A stretch of 63,237 nt of DNA, counting the filler. It is 5 parts of 5 records of this genome, joined end to end, with 100 filler letters (N's around TTAATTAATTAA, not from the genome) between each part and the next. Parts side by side here need not be neighbours in the genome. Positions count along the whole stretch, not along the records: positions 1 to 17,427 come from SRR31156797_8754; positions 17,528 to 24,913 come from SRR31156797_8765; 3 more parts are not named here. One strand, written 5' to 3'. Of the stretch, positions 10,562 to 20,355 are shown piece after piece. Under the pieces are notes generated by a model. That model was not told the DNA's origin and made no database searches. It saw nothing but the letters and a program-made list of their open reading frames with translations. The position numbers and the translations under genes were made by a program. The first letter of the stretch is position 1; each line of letters begins with the position of its first letter.

Positions 10562-11785
10562 ATGATGAAGAATTTATACCTTATAATCTTGTTTTGCTTA
10601 TCGGTTTCGTTTATGCAGGCGCAAACCGACAGCACATTAAATAAATATATCGACAACGGTTTAATTTCTATTGCCGATAAAGACGGAATGACATGGAGTA
10701 CTAAAAAAGGTGATTTCCTTTTTAAACCGTATACCTTAATTCAAACTCGTGGCATTTATAATTACTACGATGATGAAGGCCTGAGTCTGGCCGAAGAAGA
10801 TAACGTAATGAACTCTGGTTTTGCAGTTCCTTTTGCATTGGTGGGTTTTGCCGGTAAAGCGTTTAATAAAATCACCTATAACGTAGCCTTAAATGCAGCC
10901 TCATCGGGTGCTGCTATTTTAAACCAGGCCTGGTTTGATATTAACCAAAGTGATGCACTACGTTTTCGTATCGGTAAATTTAAAACACCTTTTAATCAGG
11001 CTTATTTATCCCGTAACGGACAAACCTTATTCCCATTGCTCCCCACATCTTTAAATACCAGAGTAAATGTGCCATTCAGCATCAACTCTGTCAATCCAAC
11101 TATTGCCACAGGATTTGATATTGGTGTTCAGATGCATGGTGTTCTCAATAAAAAAATTGGATATCAATTGGGCGTTTTTAATGGAACCGGAATTGGTGTT
11201 AATAGCGCAACTAATTCCATCAGCGACGATACCGGTTTGCCGGCCTTATTGTATTCTGGCCGTTTAGTGTACATGTCCTTAGGCGAGATGCCTAAATATC
11301 AGGGACACCCCGATCGTTTAGATGAAAAATACATGCTATTGGGTGTATCTGGTTCTTATAGTCTGGAAGCCAACTACGAAAGTAGCAACGATATGAGAGC
11401 AGGTTGCGAGTTTGCCCTTTTATACAACCGCTGGTATGTGGCTGCTGAAGCCTACCTGCTTAGTATGGATTTTGTGGAGCGTCAGCAAACATCTCCGGTA
11501 TATACTTTCTGGGGAGGATATGCTCAGGCTGGTTATTTTTTATCGCCTAAAGTACAGTTGGCAACTCGTTTTGACATGATGGACAGAAACTCCATTGACG
11601 AAGCCGGATACTTATACATGCCTGCTGTTGGTTTTAACTACTTTTTGGCCGGGCATAATCTTAAAATTCAAACCATGTATCAGTTTATGGGTAAAGCCGG
11701 GCATGCCTCTGTTGCCGAATCCAATGATGATGACAATGGTATGAGTGAGCATAGCGTTTGTGTTCAACTGCAATTTGCATTTTAA
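10562..11785 (+). CDS. OprO/OprP-like (phosphate-selective) porin family protein
   Basis: Signal peptide; RIGKFKTPF, GVFNGTG, YAQAGYF motifs; ends QLQFAF. Confidence 0.8.
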   Translation: MMKNLYLIILFCLSVSFMQAQTDSTLNKYIDNGLISIADKDGMTWSTKKGDFLFKPYTLIQTRGIYNYYDDEGLSLAEEDNVMNSGFAVPFALVGFAGKAFNKITYNVALNAASSGAAILNQAWFDINQSDALRFRIGKFKTPFNQAYLSRNGQTLFPLLPTSLNTRVNVPFSINSVNPTIATGFDIGVQMHGVLNKKIGYQLGVFNGTGIGVNSATNSISDDTGLPALLYSGRLVYMSLGEMPKYQGHPDRLDEKYMLLGVSGSYSLEANYESSNDMRAGCEFALLYNRWYVAAEAYLLSMDFVERQQTSPVYTFWGGYAQAGYFLSPKVQLATRFDMMDRNSIDEAGYLYMPAVGFNYFLAGHNLKIQTMYQFMGKAGHASVAESNDDDNGMSEHSVCVQLQFAF

Positions 11786-11795
11786 ACCTTAAGGT

Positions 11796-12482
11796 ATGAT
11801 GAAGTGGATAGGAATCTTATTAGTAAGTGCCATAACTTTTTTCAGTAGCTGCACACATCCTTACGAGGAAGAAGTAGGCAATACCTGGAATGTAAATATG
11901 TCGCTTTCCTTTATCGATCCGGAATTCTGGCCCGAAGGTCAACTGTTGCATATTGGTTTATTTGAGGACGATGACACCCGCAATCCGGTTGCCCATATTA
12001 ACCTGAATCAACCTGCTAACAACAGTGTTAATGCCAGTATTTACGAGGTTGCAGAAGGCAGTTACAGTGCGCAGCTTTATCTGACGGAAAATGGTATTTA
12101 CAAAGTAAAAGTTTTGGATTTAGGTGCCTATGATGTGTATGACAATATCAACGAATCAATCGAAAATATTCAGTTGATTACCTACGACAGGGTGCAACGA
12201 CAGGTTTTTAACAATTGTGTGGTTTGCCATGGTAGTTCGGCCGGAGATATAGCTGCCGGTTTAAACCTGACGCCGGACAACAGCTACGAGCATTTGGTAA
12301 ATGTTACATCATTTATGCAACCCAATATGGTATTGGTTTATCCGAATGGTGCCGACTATAGTTATTTACTAAAAGTGCTGCAAAAGGAAATTGACTTTAA
12401 CCATCCGGCCAGTAGTTCTGCTACCGAAGCCGACCGACAGTTGGTGATGGATTGGATAGAACAAGGTGCTTTAAACAATTAA
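11796..12482 (+). CDS. Monoheme c-type cytochrome lipoprotein
   Basis: Lipobox FSSC; CVVCH; VYPNGADYSYL and WIEQGA tail typical of planctomycete-cytochrome-c-like domains. Confidence 0.75.
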   Translation: MMKWIGILLVSAITFFSSCTHPYEEEVGNTWNVNMSLSFIDPEFWPEGQLLHIGLFEDDDTRNPVAHINLNQPANNSVNASIYEVAEGSYSAQLYLTENGIYKVKVLDLGAYDVYDNINESIENIQLITYDRVQRQVFNNCVVCHGSSAGDIAAGLNLTPDNSYEHLVNVTSFMQPNMVLVYPNGADYSYLLKVLQKEIDFNHPASSSATEADRQLVMDWIEQGALNN

Positions 12483-12591
12483 TCAGAATCAGATGCAACA
12501 TAACAGAACGTTCCAAACATCTATAAGCAGTCTCGTTTTTTCGCTTAAAACGAAATTGAATAATAATCTTGTGTCTTGTGTCTTGATACTT

Positions 12592-12972
12592 ATGTCTTCT
12601 CAATTATTAAGAAGGTGTACAAAAGCATTAAGTTTTCTTGCCATTACTCTTATTGTTCATGGTTGCTATTACGATGTAATCATTGAAAAAGAAATAGAAG
12701 AAACACAGGCTGTCAGTTTTAGCGAAGACATCATTCCCATTTTTAAAAGTTCCTGTATTTCTTGTCATGATGGTGTAGTATCGTATCCTAGTTTATTACA
12801 AAACGAAGCTTATCAGGCATTATGGACAGGCGATTATATTGAAGAGGGCGATGCTTCATCAAGCAAATTGGTACTAAAACTAAAAGACAATCATCCTTTT
12901 GAAGGCGCTATTACCGACAGCGAATTAACGAAAATACAGCTTTGGATTCAGCAGGGAGCCGAAGACAATTAA
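12592..12972 (+). CDS. Small monoheme c-type cytochrome lipoprotein
   Basis: Lipobox VHGC; VSFSEDIIPIF..SCISCH; WIQQGAEDN; ATG 12592 preferred over 12493. Confidence 0.75.
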   Translation: MSSQLLRRCTKALSFLAITLIVHGCYYDVIIEKEIEETQAVSFSEDIIPIFKSSCISCHDGVVSYPSLLQNEAYQALWTGDYIEEGDASSSKLVLKLKDNHPFEGAITDSELTKIQLWIQQGAEDN

Positions 12973-12985
12973 ACGATTGAAGCAC

Positions 12986-13828
12986 ATGGAAAGGAAAGTC
13001 ATCATATTCATCATGCTCATACTCTCAGGTATGATGCATGCTCAACACAATTCTGCCAATCATATTTGGGATGGACGTTTGGTAAATCATCCTACCACCA
13101 ATATGCCATGCAAAGGGCAAAACCAGATTTTTGTGATTCACTATTTTGATGCTATTGGCGAAAATGGTTTTAAAGATATGTTTGGAGTTTATGGTTCGGC
13201 CAATATTCAAATGGGTTTAGAACATGGTTTTAGCGATGTTTTTTCAGCTTACTTTTTAACCGAAAAGCTAAATAAAACACAGGAACTGGGAATCCGTTAT
13301 CTATTATCGGAACAAAATAAAGAGTTGGATAATCCTGTTGGTCTGGCCGCCAGCTTTAGTGTTTCTATCGATGGCCGGGAAGAAAAGTATTTTGGTGAAA
13401 ACTATTACTTTATCAATCGCTTTTTCTACACTTCTCAACTTTCTCTTACACATATTTTTAATCATCGTTGGGAAATGATGGCCAATACAACTATAGCACA
13501 TTTCAATATCGTTCCGGAGGGTAACTTTTCTACTTTTCTGGCTATTAACCCATCACTTTCATTTAAACTGAATAGAAAAAAAGCCGTGTTTGCCTCCTTT
13601 GATTTTCCTTTAGGACTGGCTTCTGCCTCGGAAGAAAATCCACAACAACCCAAACCTTTGGTGACATTGGGAATGATATTTAAAACCCGAACGCACAATT
13701 TTCAACTGTTTGTATCCAATGGAAGTCATATCAATCCCGGCAAGGAATATCTGAACAACCAAAATGGGTACAACCCTGAACAATTTTGCTTTGGATTTAA
13801 CATCAACGTAAAACCGCATAAAAAGTAA
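12986..13828 (+). CDS. DUF5777-like outer-membrane beta-barrel
   Basis: Signal peptide; HNFQLFVSN and FGFNI C-terminal motifs; next to cytochrome c lipoproteins. Confidence 0.7.
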   Translation: MERKVIIFIMLILSGMMHAQHNSANHIWDGRLVNHPTTNMPCKGQNQIFVIHYFDAIGENGFKDMFGVYGSANIQMGLEHGFSDVFSAYFLTEKLNKTQELGIRYLLSEQNKELDNPVGLAASFSVSIDGREEKYFGENYYFINRFFYTSQLSLTHIFNHRWEMMANTTIAHFNIVPEGNFSTFLAINPSLSFKLNRKKAVFASFDFPLGLASASEENPQQPKPLVTLGMIFKTRTHNFQLFVSNGSHINPGKEYLNNQNGYNPEQFCFGFNINVKPHKK

Positions 13829-13940
13829 AAAGGTAAAAGAGAGAAAGGAACAAGGAGAAAGGTTAAAAGATTCAAGGGTAACCCAATTACTAATTACTGA
13901 TAACTGTTGACTGCATACTGCTTACTGAATACTGATAACT
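13824..13940 (+). repeat. Two adjacent heptamer repeat tracts (AAAGGnn-like, then ACTGnnn)
   Basis: aaaagta-aaaaggt-aaaagag-agaaagg... followed by actgata-actgttg-actgcat-actgctt-actgaat-actgata. Confidence 0.75.
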
Positions 13941-13955
13941 ATTAATTAAAAATTT

Positions 13956-14801
13956 ATGAAAAACTATATTTATATAGCCATAGCGTTACTTTGGATTAGC
14001 ATGGGTGCACAAGCAAATAATAATGCTGAACCTAAATTGGTGTACGAAAAGTCGGCAGCATGTCAGCTTTTTCAAGTTAATAATGAACAGGGATTGCCTG
14101 TTTTTTATTACATGGACATTAACGAATATCCTTGCGATACAAAAGTGTGTTATCGCATGGATGTACGCATTTATTGGGATGCCTGGGGTAATTTTTTAAA
14201 GCTGGGGTTTAGGGATAATTCCGAATTAACCAAGCTTAATCACGAACCATTTTCTGATAAAGATTATAAAAAACTACATGTGCTATTGAATAATCCGGAA
14301 TCAAGCATGAAATACTATCAGCTACATGAGCTTTCTCCTGAAGAATCGGAAGACGAGTATTACTCGGTAGATGCAATTTCAGGAGCTACAGTAGCCGATG
14401 TTTCTTACGAGAGTGTAAAGGGAGCTGTAAAAACCTGCTACACACTGTGGCATATTGTTTATGGCGAATATGTGGATATCATTCAATTCAACACAAAAAA
14501 ATCGATGGTTGCCTTGAAGAATCCTTCCGATTTAAGCTTTGACCACCGGGCAGGAATTGAAAAGCTATTGTATGATGCACAGGAAAAATCGCCGATGACT
14601 TGCTCTGTTCTTGGCAATTGGATAAAATCGGCAAAGCAACTAAAAAAGAAAAACAGTGATTTATACAAATACCTTTCCGGCCAGTTAGCTGTTATCAGCG
14701 AGGAATCATCGCGCTTTTTAATCTATAACTTCCTGCTCCAAGAACAATACAAAGACAAGAATATGAGAGATTTTAGTATCTCTCACAACCTTTTAGATTA
14801 A
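13956..14801 (+). CDS. Exported protein with FMN-binding-type flavinylation motif
   Basis: Signal peptide (AQA); VDAISGAT matches D-x-[IV]-[ST]GA[ST]; CDTKVC cysteine pair. Confidence 0.6.
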   Translation: MKNYIYIAIALLWISMGAQANNNAEPKLVYEKSAACQLFQVNNEQGLPVFYYMDINEYPCDTKVCYRMDVRIYWDAWGNFLKLGFRDNSELTKLNHEPFSDKDYKKLHVLLNNPESSMKYYQLHELSPEESEDEYYSVDAISGATVADVSYESVKGAVKTCYTLWHIVYGEYVDIIQFNTKKSMVALKNPSDLSFDHRAGIEKLLYDAQEKSPMTCSVLGNWIKSAKQLKKKNSDLYKYLSGQLAVISEESSRFLIYNFLLQEQYKDKNMRDFSISHNLLD

Positions 14802-14884
14802 AACACAGTATAACGACATAACCCAATGCACTTTCCACGGGTGCATTATCAATCGCATAACACAACGAATAAAATTAATTGTTT

Positions 14885-14915
14885 AGGGTTCTTCTAAAGA
14901 GAGGAACCCTTTTTT
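14885..14915 (+). terminator. Rho-independent terminator ending the cluster
   Basis: AGGGTTCTTCT-AAAG-AGAGGAACCCT followed by T-run. Confidence 0.8.
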
Positions 14916-15036
14916 ATTCATTCAACTTCTAAAATCTTTACTCATCCTACCGATACCTCCATCCATCTTTCTTTAGTTGAAATACCCTCGGCAACCTTGT
15001 AATTTTGTTTTAGAATTAATTGAAACAAATAAACTT

Positions 15037-17427
15037 ATGAGAAAACTAATTATTCTAAGCATAATCGTTTTTTGCGCATCAGTCAATATGCTGGCGCAGC
15101 AAATTACGCAAACCATTAGAGGTATAGTGGTGGATGAAATTACCGAACTACCTATTGTAGGTGCCAACGTTATCCTTTTAAATCAGGCAGAAACTACCGG
15201 AACCATTACCGATGTGGATGGTCTGTTTATTTTAGAAAACATAGCCCTGGGACGTCAGAGTATCGAAGTACGTTTTATGGGTTATAAACCTGCTGTAAAA
15301 ACCAATCTACTCATCATTAGTGGAAAAGAAACAGTGGTGAAAATAAAAATGCAGGAAGCCTATCAGGAGGTTGGAGAAATTGTGGTAAAAGCTAAAAATA
15401 AAAAGAAACCACAAAATGAACTGGCTATGATTAGTGCCCGCACGTTTTCAATTGAAGAAACAGAACGTTTTGCAGGAAGCTTGGGAGATCCTGCCCGTAT
15501 GGTGGCCAACTACGCCGGTGTGATGACGCAAAATGATTCGCGCAACGATATTATCATTAGAGGTAATTCACCTATTGGCGTTCAATGGCGACTGGAAGGA
15601 ATAGAAATTCCTAACCCCAACCACTTTGCAGCGCAAGGCACCACCGGTGGCCCGGTTAGTATGCTTAATAACAACCTGCTTACCAACAGCGATTTTTTAA
15701 CCGGGGCTTTTCCTGCAGAATATGGAAATGCCACAGCCGGAGCTTTTGACTTACATATGCGATCAGGAAATAATACCCAAACTGAATTTACCGGTCAGAT
15801 AGGTTTTAATGGTTTTGAGTTGGGTGTAGAAGGCCCGTTTGGAAACAGAGAAAAAAATAATCGTCCTTCTTATATGGCCAACTTTAGATACTCTACCCTC
15901 GAGGTGATGGATAAACTCGGTTTTAGTGCCGGAACGGGTGCTGCAGTTCCGCAATATAAAGATTTTACCTTTCTGGCTGATTTGCCTGCCACAAAACTGG
16001 GAAGATTTAAAATCCTGGGCTTATGGGGCAAAAGTTATATTGAATTGGGACACAACGATGATGAAAACGATGATAATTCCTACTCAGCCAAAGGAACTAC
16101 CATTGATTATGGTTCTGAATTAGCCATTGGAGGAATCACCCATTCGCTTTTCTTTAACAACAGAATGGGTATAAAATCTTCTGTATCAGTGCAACAAACC
16201 ACCACCACTGCCGATTTAGATTCATTGAAAAATGCAGGTAGCATAAGCATGCCTTTTTTCAGAGGTCATCAGAGCGAAACAAAAGTAAGCGCTTCTACCC
16301 GATTTATTTTTAAACCTAATTCCAATAACCATTTATCTGCCGGAATCACTTACGACCATTTTTATGTCAATTTCATCGATAGTATATACAAATTCGAGCA
16401 TCAGCGCTTTATCAATCAAACGGATGTAAATGCCAATCTGGGTTTAATCAGAGGTTTTACACAATGGCAGCATTCATTTAATGCCAAGCTCACCGCTTAT
16501 GCAGGAGTACATTCTCTATATTTTAAACAAAGTAAAGAGTGGGTATGGGAACCTCGCGCATCTTTAAAATATAGTTTTGCGCATCAGCAAAGTTTAAGTG
16601 CCGGTTATGGTAAACACAGCCAAATTCAGCCCAAGTTGGTTTATTTTATCGAAAGTTTTATACCCGAGAACAATAGCTATTATCGCAGTAATGAAAAAAT
16701 AAAAATGACTCGAGCCAATCATTATGTGCTGGCTTATGAAAAAATATTGGGTCAGGATTTTCGATTAAAACTAGAGAGCTATTACCAGGAACTGTATAAG
16801 GTTCCGGTAAAAAAAGACTTTCCTGAGTTTTCCCTAATAAATGCAGGCGATAATTTTGCCGTTCCCGACGAGGATAGCCTGGTAAATAAAGGTACCGGAT
16901 ATAATTACGGATTGGAGCTCACGCTGGAAAAATTCCTGAGCAATGGCTATTATTTCCTATTAACTACTTCCTTATTCGACTCTAAATATAAAGGCTACGA
17001 TGGCATAGAACGTAACACCGCCTTTAACGGGAATTATGTGATGAATGTATTAGGTGGTTACGAGTTTGAGGTTGGCCGACAAAATATGATTACACTGGAT
17101 GTAAAAACGGTATGGGCCGGTGGACGAAGATATGTGCCGATAGATTTGGAAGAGTCGATAAAAACAGGAACGCCGGAATACGACTGGTCTAATGCCTACA
17201 AAAACAGATATAATGATTATTTTAGAACCGACTTGCGAATTGGTTTTAAAATGAATCGCAAAAAATACTCCCAGGAATGGGCTATCGATCTACAAAACAT
17301 CAGTGCATACAAAAGTATTTTTACCGAAGGCTACGATGCTGAAAAACAAGAAACCTATAAAATATACCAGCAAGGATTTTTGCCTATGTTTTTATACCAA
17401 TACTTCGTTAAACTTTTAAACGGCAAT
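15037..17427 (+). CDS. TonB-dependent receptor with N-terminal carboxypeptidase-regulatory-like domain (runs to contig end)
   Basis: Signal peptide; GANV..GTITDVDG; plug motifs RNDIIIRGNSP, IPNPNHF, GAFPAEYGNA; EPRAS barrel motif. Confidence 0.9.
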
Positions 17428-17527
17428 NNNNNNNNNNNNNNNNNNNNNNNNNNNNNNNNNNNNNNNNNNNNTTAATTAATTAANNNNNNNNNNNNNNNNN
17501 NNNNNNNNNNNNNNNNNNNNNNNNNNN
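17428..17527. other. Artificial contig spacer
   Basis: N-run with central TTAATTAATTAA. Confidence 0.99.
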
Positions 17528-17684
17528 TTGGATCATAAGGTTTTGGAAGATAATAATTTAAAATGCTTATAAAGTTAAAAAGTTTTATGAGAAATATACA
17601 AAACCATTGAGTTCTGTATCTAACTTGTAATCTTTTTATTGTATACTATTCGATTAATTGTAAGTTTAAGTTAAAGGGGACACT

Positions 17685-18623
17685 ATTTTTAAACAGGATA
17701 AAAAAACAATACTGTTTTTACACTCAAATAGTAGTTTTAATATTGATGATAAAGTTGATCTTATTTTATCACCTGAGTTTTATTGGACACGAGTTTTTAC
17801 ATTACCTATAAAAAGTGAAAAAGAGGCTTTAAAGGTGATGCCAGGTTTATTTGAAGAGTTTATTTCTATTGAAAATCTTAGTTTTTATGTGAAAAAACTA
17901 GAAAATGATAAGTTTTTAGCTTTAGCCTATGATGAGCAAAAAGTGGTTGAAGCTATTAAAAAAAGTGGCTTGAAACTGCAGCAGGTTCAAGGGTGTTATT
18001 TTTCTCAGATAGAGTTTGAAAAGGTGATCAATCAGTATCAAAAAATAGAGATTGATTCTATGAAGTTACTGCTGCATGATGATATTATTACGCAGATCCC
18101 TTCCTCTTTATCTTTTGAAGAGTTTCAAAAGGTTTCTTTAGATTCTTTAACTGTATCAAAAGATAAGATCTATTTGTCAAATACTTATAGTTTTTTAAGT
18201 CAAAAAAACAGTATTATATTAAGTGTAATTTTTCTGCTTTTTTTTCTATTAAATACTATAAAGATTACAGAGTATTATAATATTTCAGGTAGTTTAGAAA
18301 ATAAGATCGCAGTTTTAAAAACACAAAATAATCTTCCAACTACTACTATTCAAGCAAAAGCAATTTTACAAGAGTATGAGTCAACTGTTCAAAAACAATT
18401 AGAGATACGAGATACTTTTGCAAAGGTTTTTAATGATACGAAGAGAAGAAAGTTTGAATTAAATAGTTTTGAATATAGGCAAAATAGCATCATTTTAGAA
18501 TATAGATACAAGAATAATGATTGGAAAAAAATACTCTCTTTTTTTAAAAAACAATATACTATCACTAATCAAAGCAATCAAAATGGGATCTTAAGAATGG
18601 AGTTAAAAAATGAAAAGAATTAA
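17685..18623 (+). CDS. Type II secretion GspL-like protein (probable non-canonical ATT start)
   Basis: Frame is open from 17670; SD AAGGGGA precedes ATT 17685; ILSPEFYW lies upstream of the track start at 17835; single TM; first gene of the gsp operon. Confidence 0.6.
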   Translation: MFKQDKKTILFLHSNSSFNIDDKVDLILSPEFYWTRVFTLPIKSEKEALKVMPGLFEEFISIENLSFYVKKLENDKFLALAYDEQKVVEAIKKSGLKLQQVQGCYFSQIEFEKVINQYQKIEIDSMKLLLHDDIITQIPSSLSFEEFQKVSLDSLTVSKDKIYLSNTYSFLSQKNSIILSVIFLLFFLLNTIKITEYYNISGSLENKIAVLKTQNNLPTTTIQAKAILQEYESTVQKQLEIRDTFAKVFNDTKRRKFELNSFEYRQNSIILEYRYKNNDWKKILSFFKKQYTITNQSNQNGILRMELKNEKN

Positions 18624-19002
18624 TCCATTTTATTTGCTTATCGTAAGTGTTATATTATTTATTCTTTCTATTGGTATACTCCAAAGTGCTAAATCAAATA
18701 TGAAAGGTGCAGTAGATGATTTTACCACCCAACAAAAGCTGATTGAGCAGTTTTCAAAAACCCAAGGATTATGGTTTAATGAGAAAAAACTTTTAGATAC
18801 CCTTAAACAGATAATTTCCTTATCTGGTATTAAAAATGTAAAACAAGAGATGGGAAAACAGTTTATCACTATCGAGTTTGAAGAAAAATCACTGAAAAAA
18901 ATAGAAAAATTTGTAAATAGTTTATTAAATAGTCATATTATCATTGAAGAGTTAATCATCACAGATGAAAAAGTACGAGTCAAAGTAAGGGATTTTTCAT
19001 GA
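18610..19002 (+). CDS. GspM-like bitopic membrane protein
   Basis: N-terminal TM, size and position between L-like and N-like genes. Confidence 0.55.
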   Translation: MKRINPFYLLIVSVILFILSIGILQSAKSNMKGAVDDFTTQQKLIEQFSKTQGLWFNEKKLLDTLKQIISLSGIKNVKQEMGKQFITIEFEEKSLKKIEKFVNSLLNSHIIIEELIITDEKVRVKVRDFS

Positions 19003-19547
19003 AAAGCATATTGAAGTATTTTTTATATCTTATCCTTTTTATTGCTACTCTTATAGTTTTTTTTCCAAAAGAAAACCTCTACTATTATGCAGTGGAAACT
19101 TTGTCTAAAAATCAAGTAGAGATACAAACAAAAAAGATTGAAGATAAAGGATATGCACTTACTTGTGATCAATTAGAGGTCTACTTTCAAAAGATAAAAG
19201 TGGCAAAAGTTGAACAACTTGATTTTAGAACATTTGGAGTGATTACTAAAGGTACTCTTTTAGATATAGGGTTTGATAAAAGCCTTGAAAGGTTTTTCCC
19301 AAAAAAGATCACAGAAACAATAGTTTCTTATACTATTTTAGATCCTTTAAATATTACAATAGAAGCTTTATTAGAAAAAGGAACTGTTAAAGGAAAGTTC
19401 AATCTATTAGACCAAAAGTTACATATGATAATAACAGTTCCTAAAGGATTTCTATTACGATATAAAGAAGCAAAAAAATATCTAAAAAAAATAGAAGAGA
19501 AAACAACTAAAACAGAGGATGTATATATTTATGAATATAAATTATGA
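18999..19547 (+). CDS. GspN-like protein
   Basis: N-terminal TM followed by FFPKENLYY; operon position. Confidence 0.55.
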   Translation: MKSILKYFLYLILFIATLIVFFPKENLYYYAVETLSKNQVEIQTKKIEDKGYALTCDQLEVYFQKIKVAKVEQLDFRTFGVITKGTLLDIGFDKSLERFFPKKITETIVSYTILDPLNITIEALLEKGTVKGKFNLLDQKLHMIITVPKGFLLRYKEAKKYLKKIEEKTTKTEDVYIYEYKL

Positions 19548-20355
19548 TCGAATTATAGATAAGTTGATCCCGATCTTGATCATCACACTTATAAGCTATG
19601 CCTTAAGTGTTATAATCTCATTGTTCCTACCAAAAACATATCCTTTGAGTCTATCACAAGGAAATAGTAGCACACAAGTTGTTTACAATAAATATCAAAT
19701 ATTTAGTAGTTTTCAAGTAACACAAAAAAAAGAACTAAACAAAACCCAACAAAATAAAAAAGAGGAATATAGAATCATCGATAATATAACCTTGCAAGCT
19801 GTTTATGCATATAAAGATCCTAAAAAAGGGTTTATATCAATTCTTGAAAATAGCTCTAAAAAAACTCATATCTTATCTGTAGAGGATTCTTTTAAAGAGT
19901 ATAAATTAGAAAAGATCTATCCACGATATGTACTTTTTGAAAGAAATGGGATCAACTATAAATTGGAATTAAAAGCTTCTAATGATGATAAGTTTACTAT
20001 TGAAGAGAAAGTAGATGATCTGATCCAAAGTACGGATAATAGTTTTCAAGTACAAAGAGGACTTATACAAAACTATGTAAAAGAGCCTCAGAAAATCTTT
20101 AGAGAGATATCAATAAAAGAGTTTATGAATGGTGGTAAAATCGATGGTTTTATAGTAACTCGAGTGAAAAAAAACAGTGTAATGTCCAAATTGGGGCTTA
20201 AAAAGAATGATATTATTAAAAAAGTAAATAATATAAGCTTAACTAGTTATGCGGATGCGTATAAAATGTACAATAATTTAGATAAAACAGAGTTTATGAA
20301 CTTTCAAATATTAAGAGATAATCAACTTATGGAGATAGAATATGAAATTAAATAG
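19531..20355 (+). CDS. gspC: Type II secretion protein GspC with PDZ domain
   Basis: TM, HR-like domain, PDZ GFIV...LGLKKNDIIKKVN. Confidence 0.8.
   Translation: MNINYDRIIDKLIPILIITLISYALSVIISLFLPKTYPLSLSQGNSSTQVVYNKYQIFSSFQVTQKKELNKTQQNKKEEYRIIDNITLQAVYAYKDPKKGFISILENSSKKTHILSVEDSFKEYKLEKIYPRYVLFERNGINYKLELKASNDDKFTIEEKVDDLIQSTDNSFQVQRGLIQNYVKEPQKIFREISIKEFMNGGKIDGFIVTRVKKNSVMSKLGLKKNDIIKKVNNISLTSYADAYKMYNNLDKTEFMNFQILRDNQLMEIEYEIK

Noticed and set aside
17395-17427. TonB receptor C-terminus lacks a stop and the usual terminal Phe
   Set aside because: At the contig end; an assembly artefact cannot be distinguished from a real disruption
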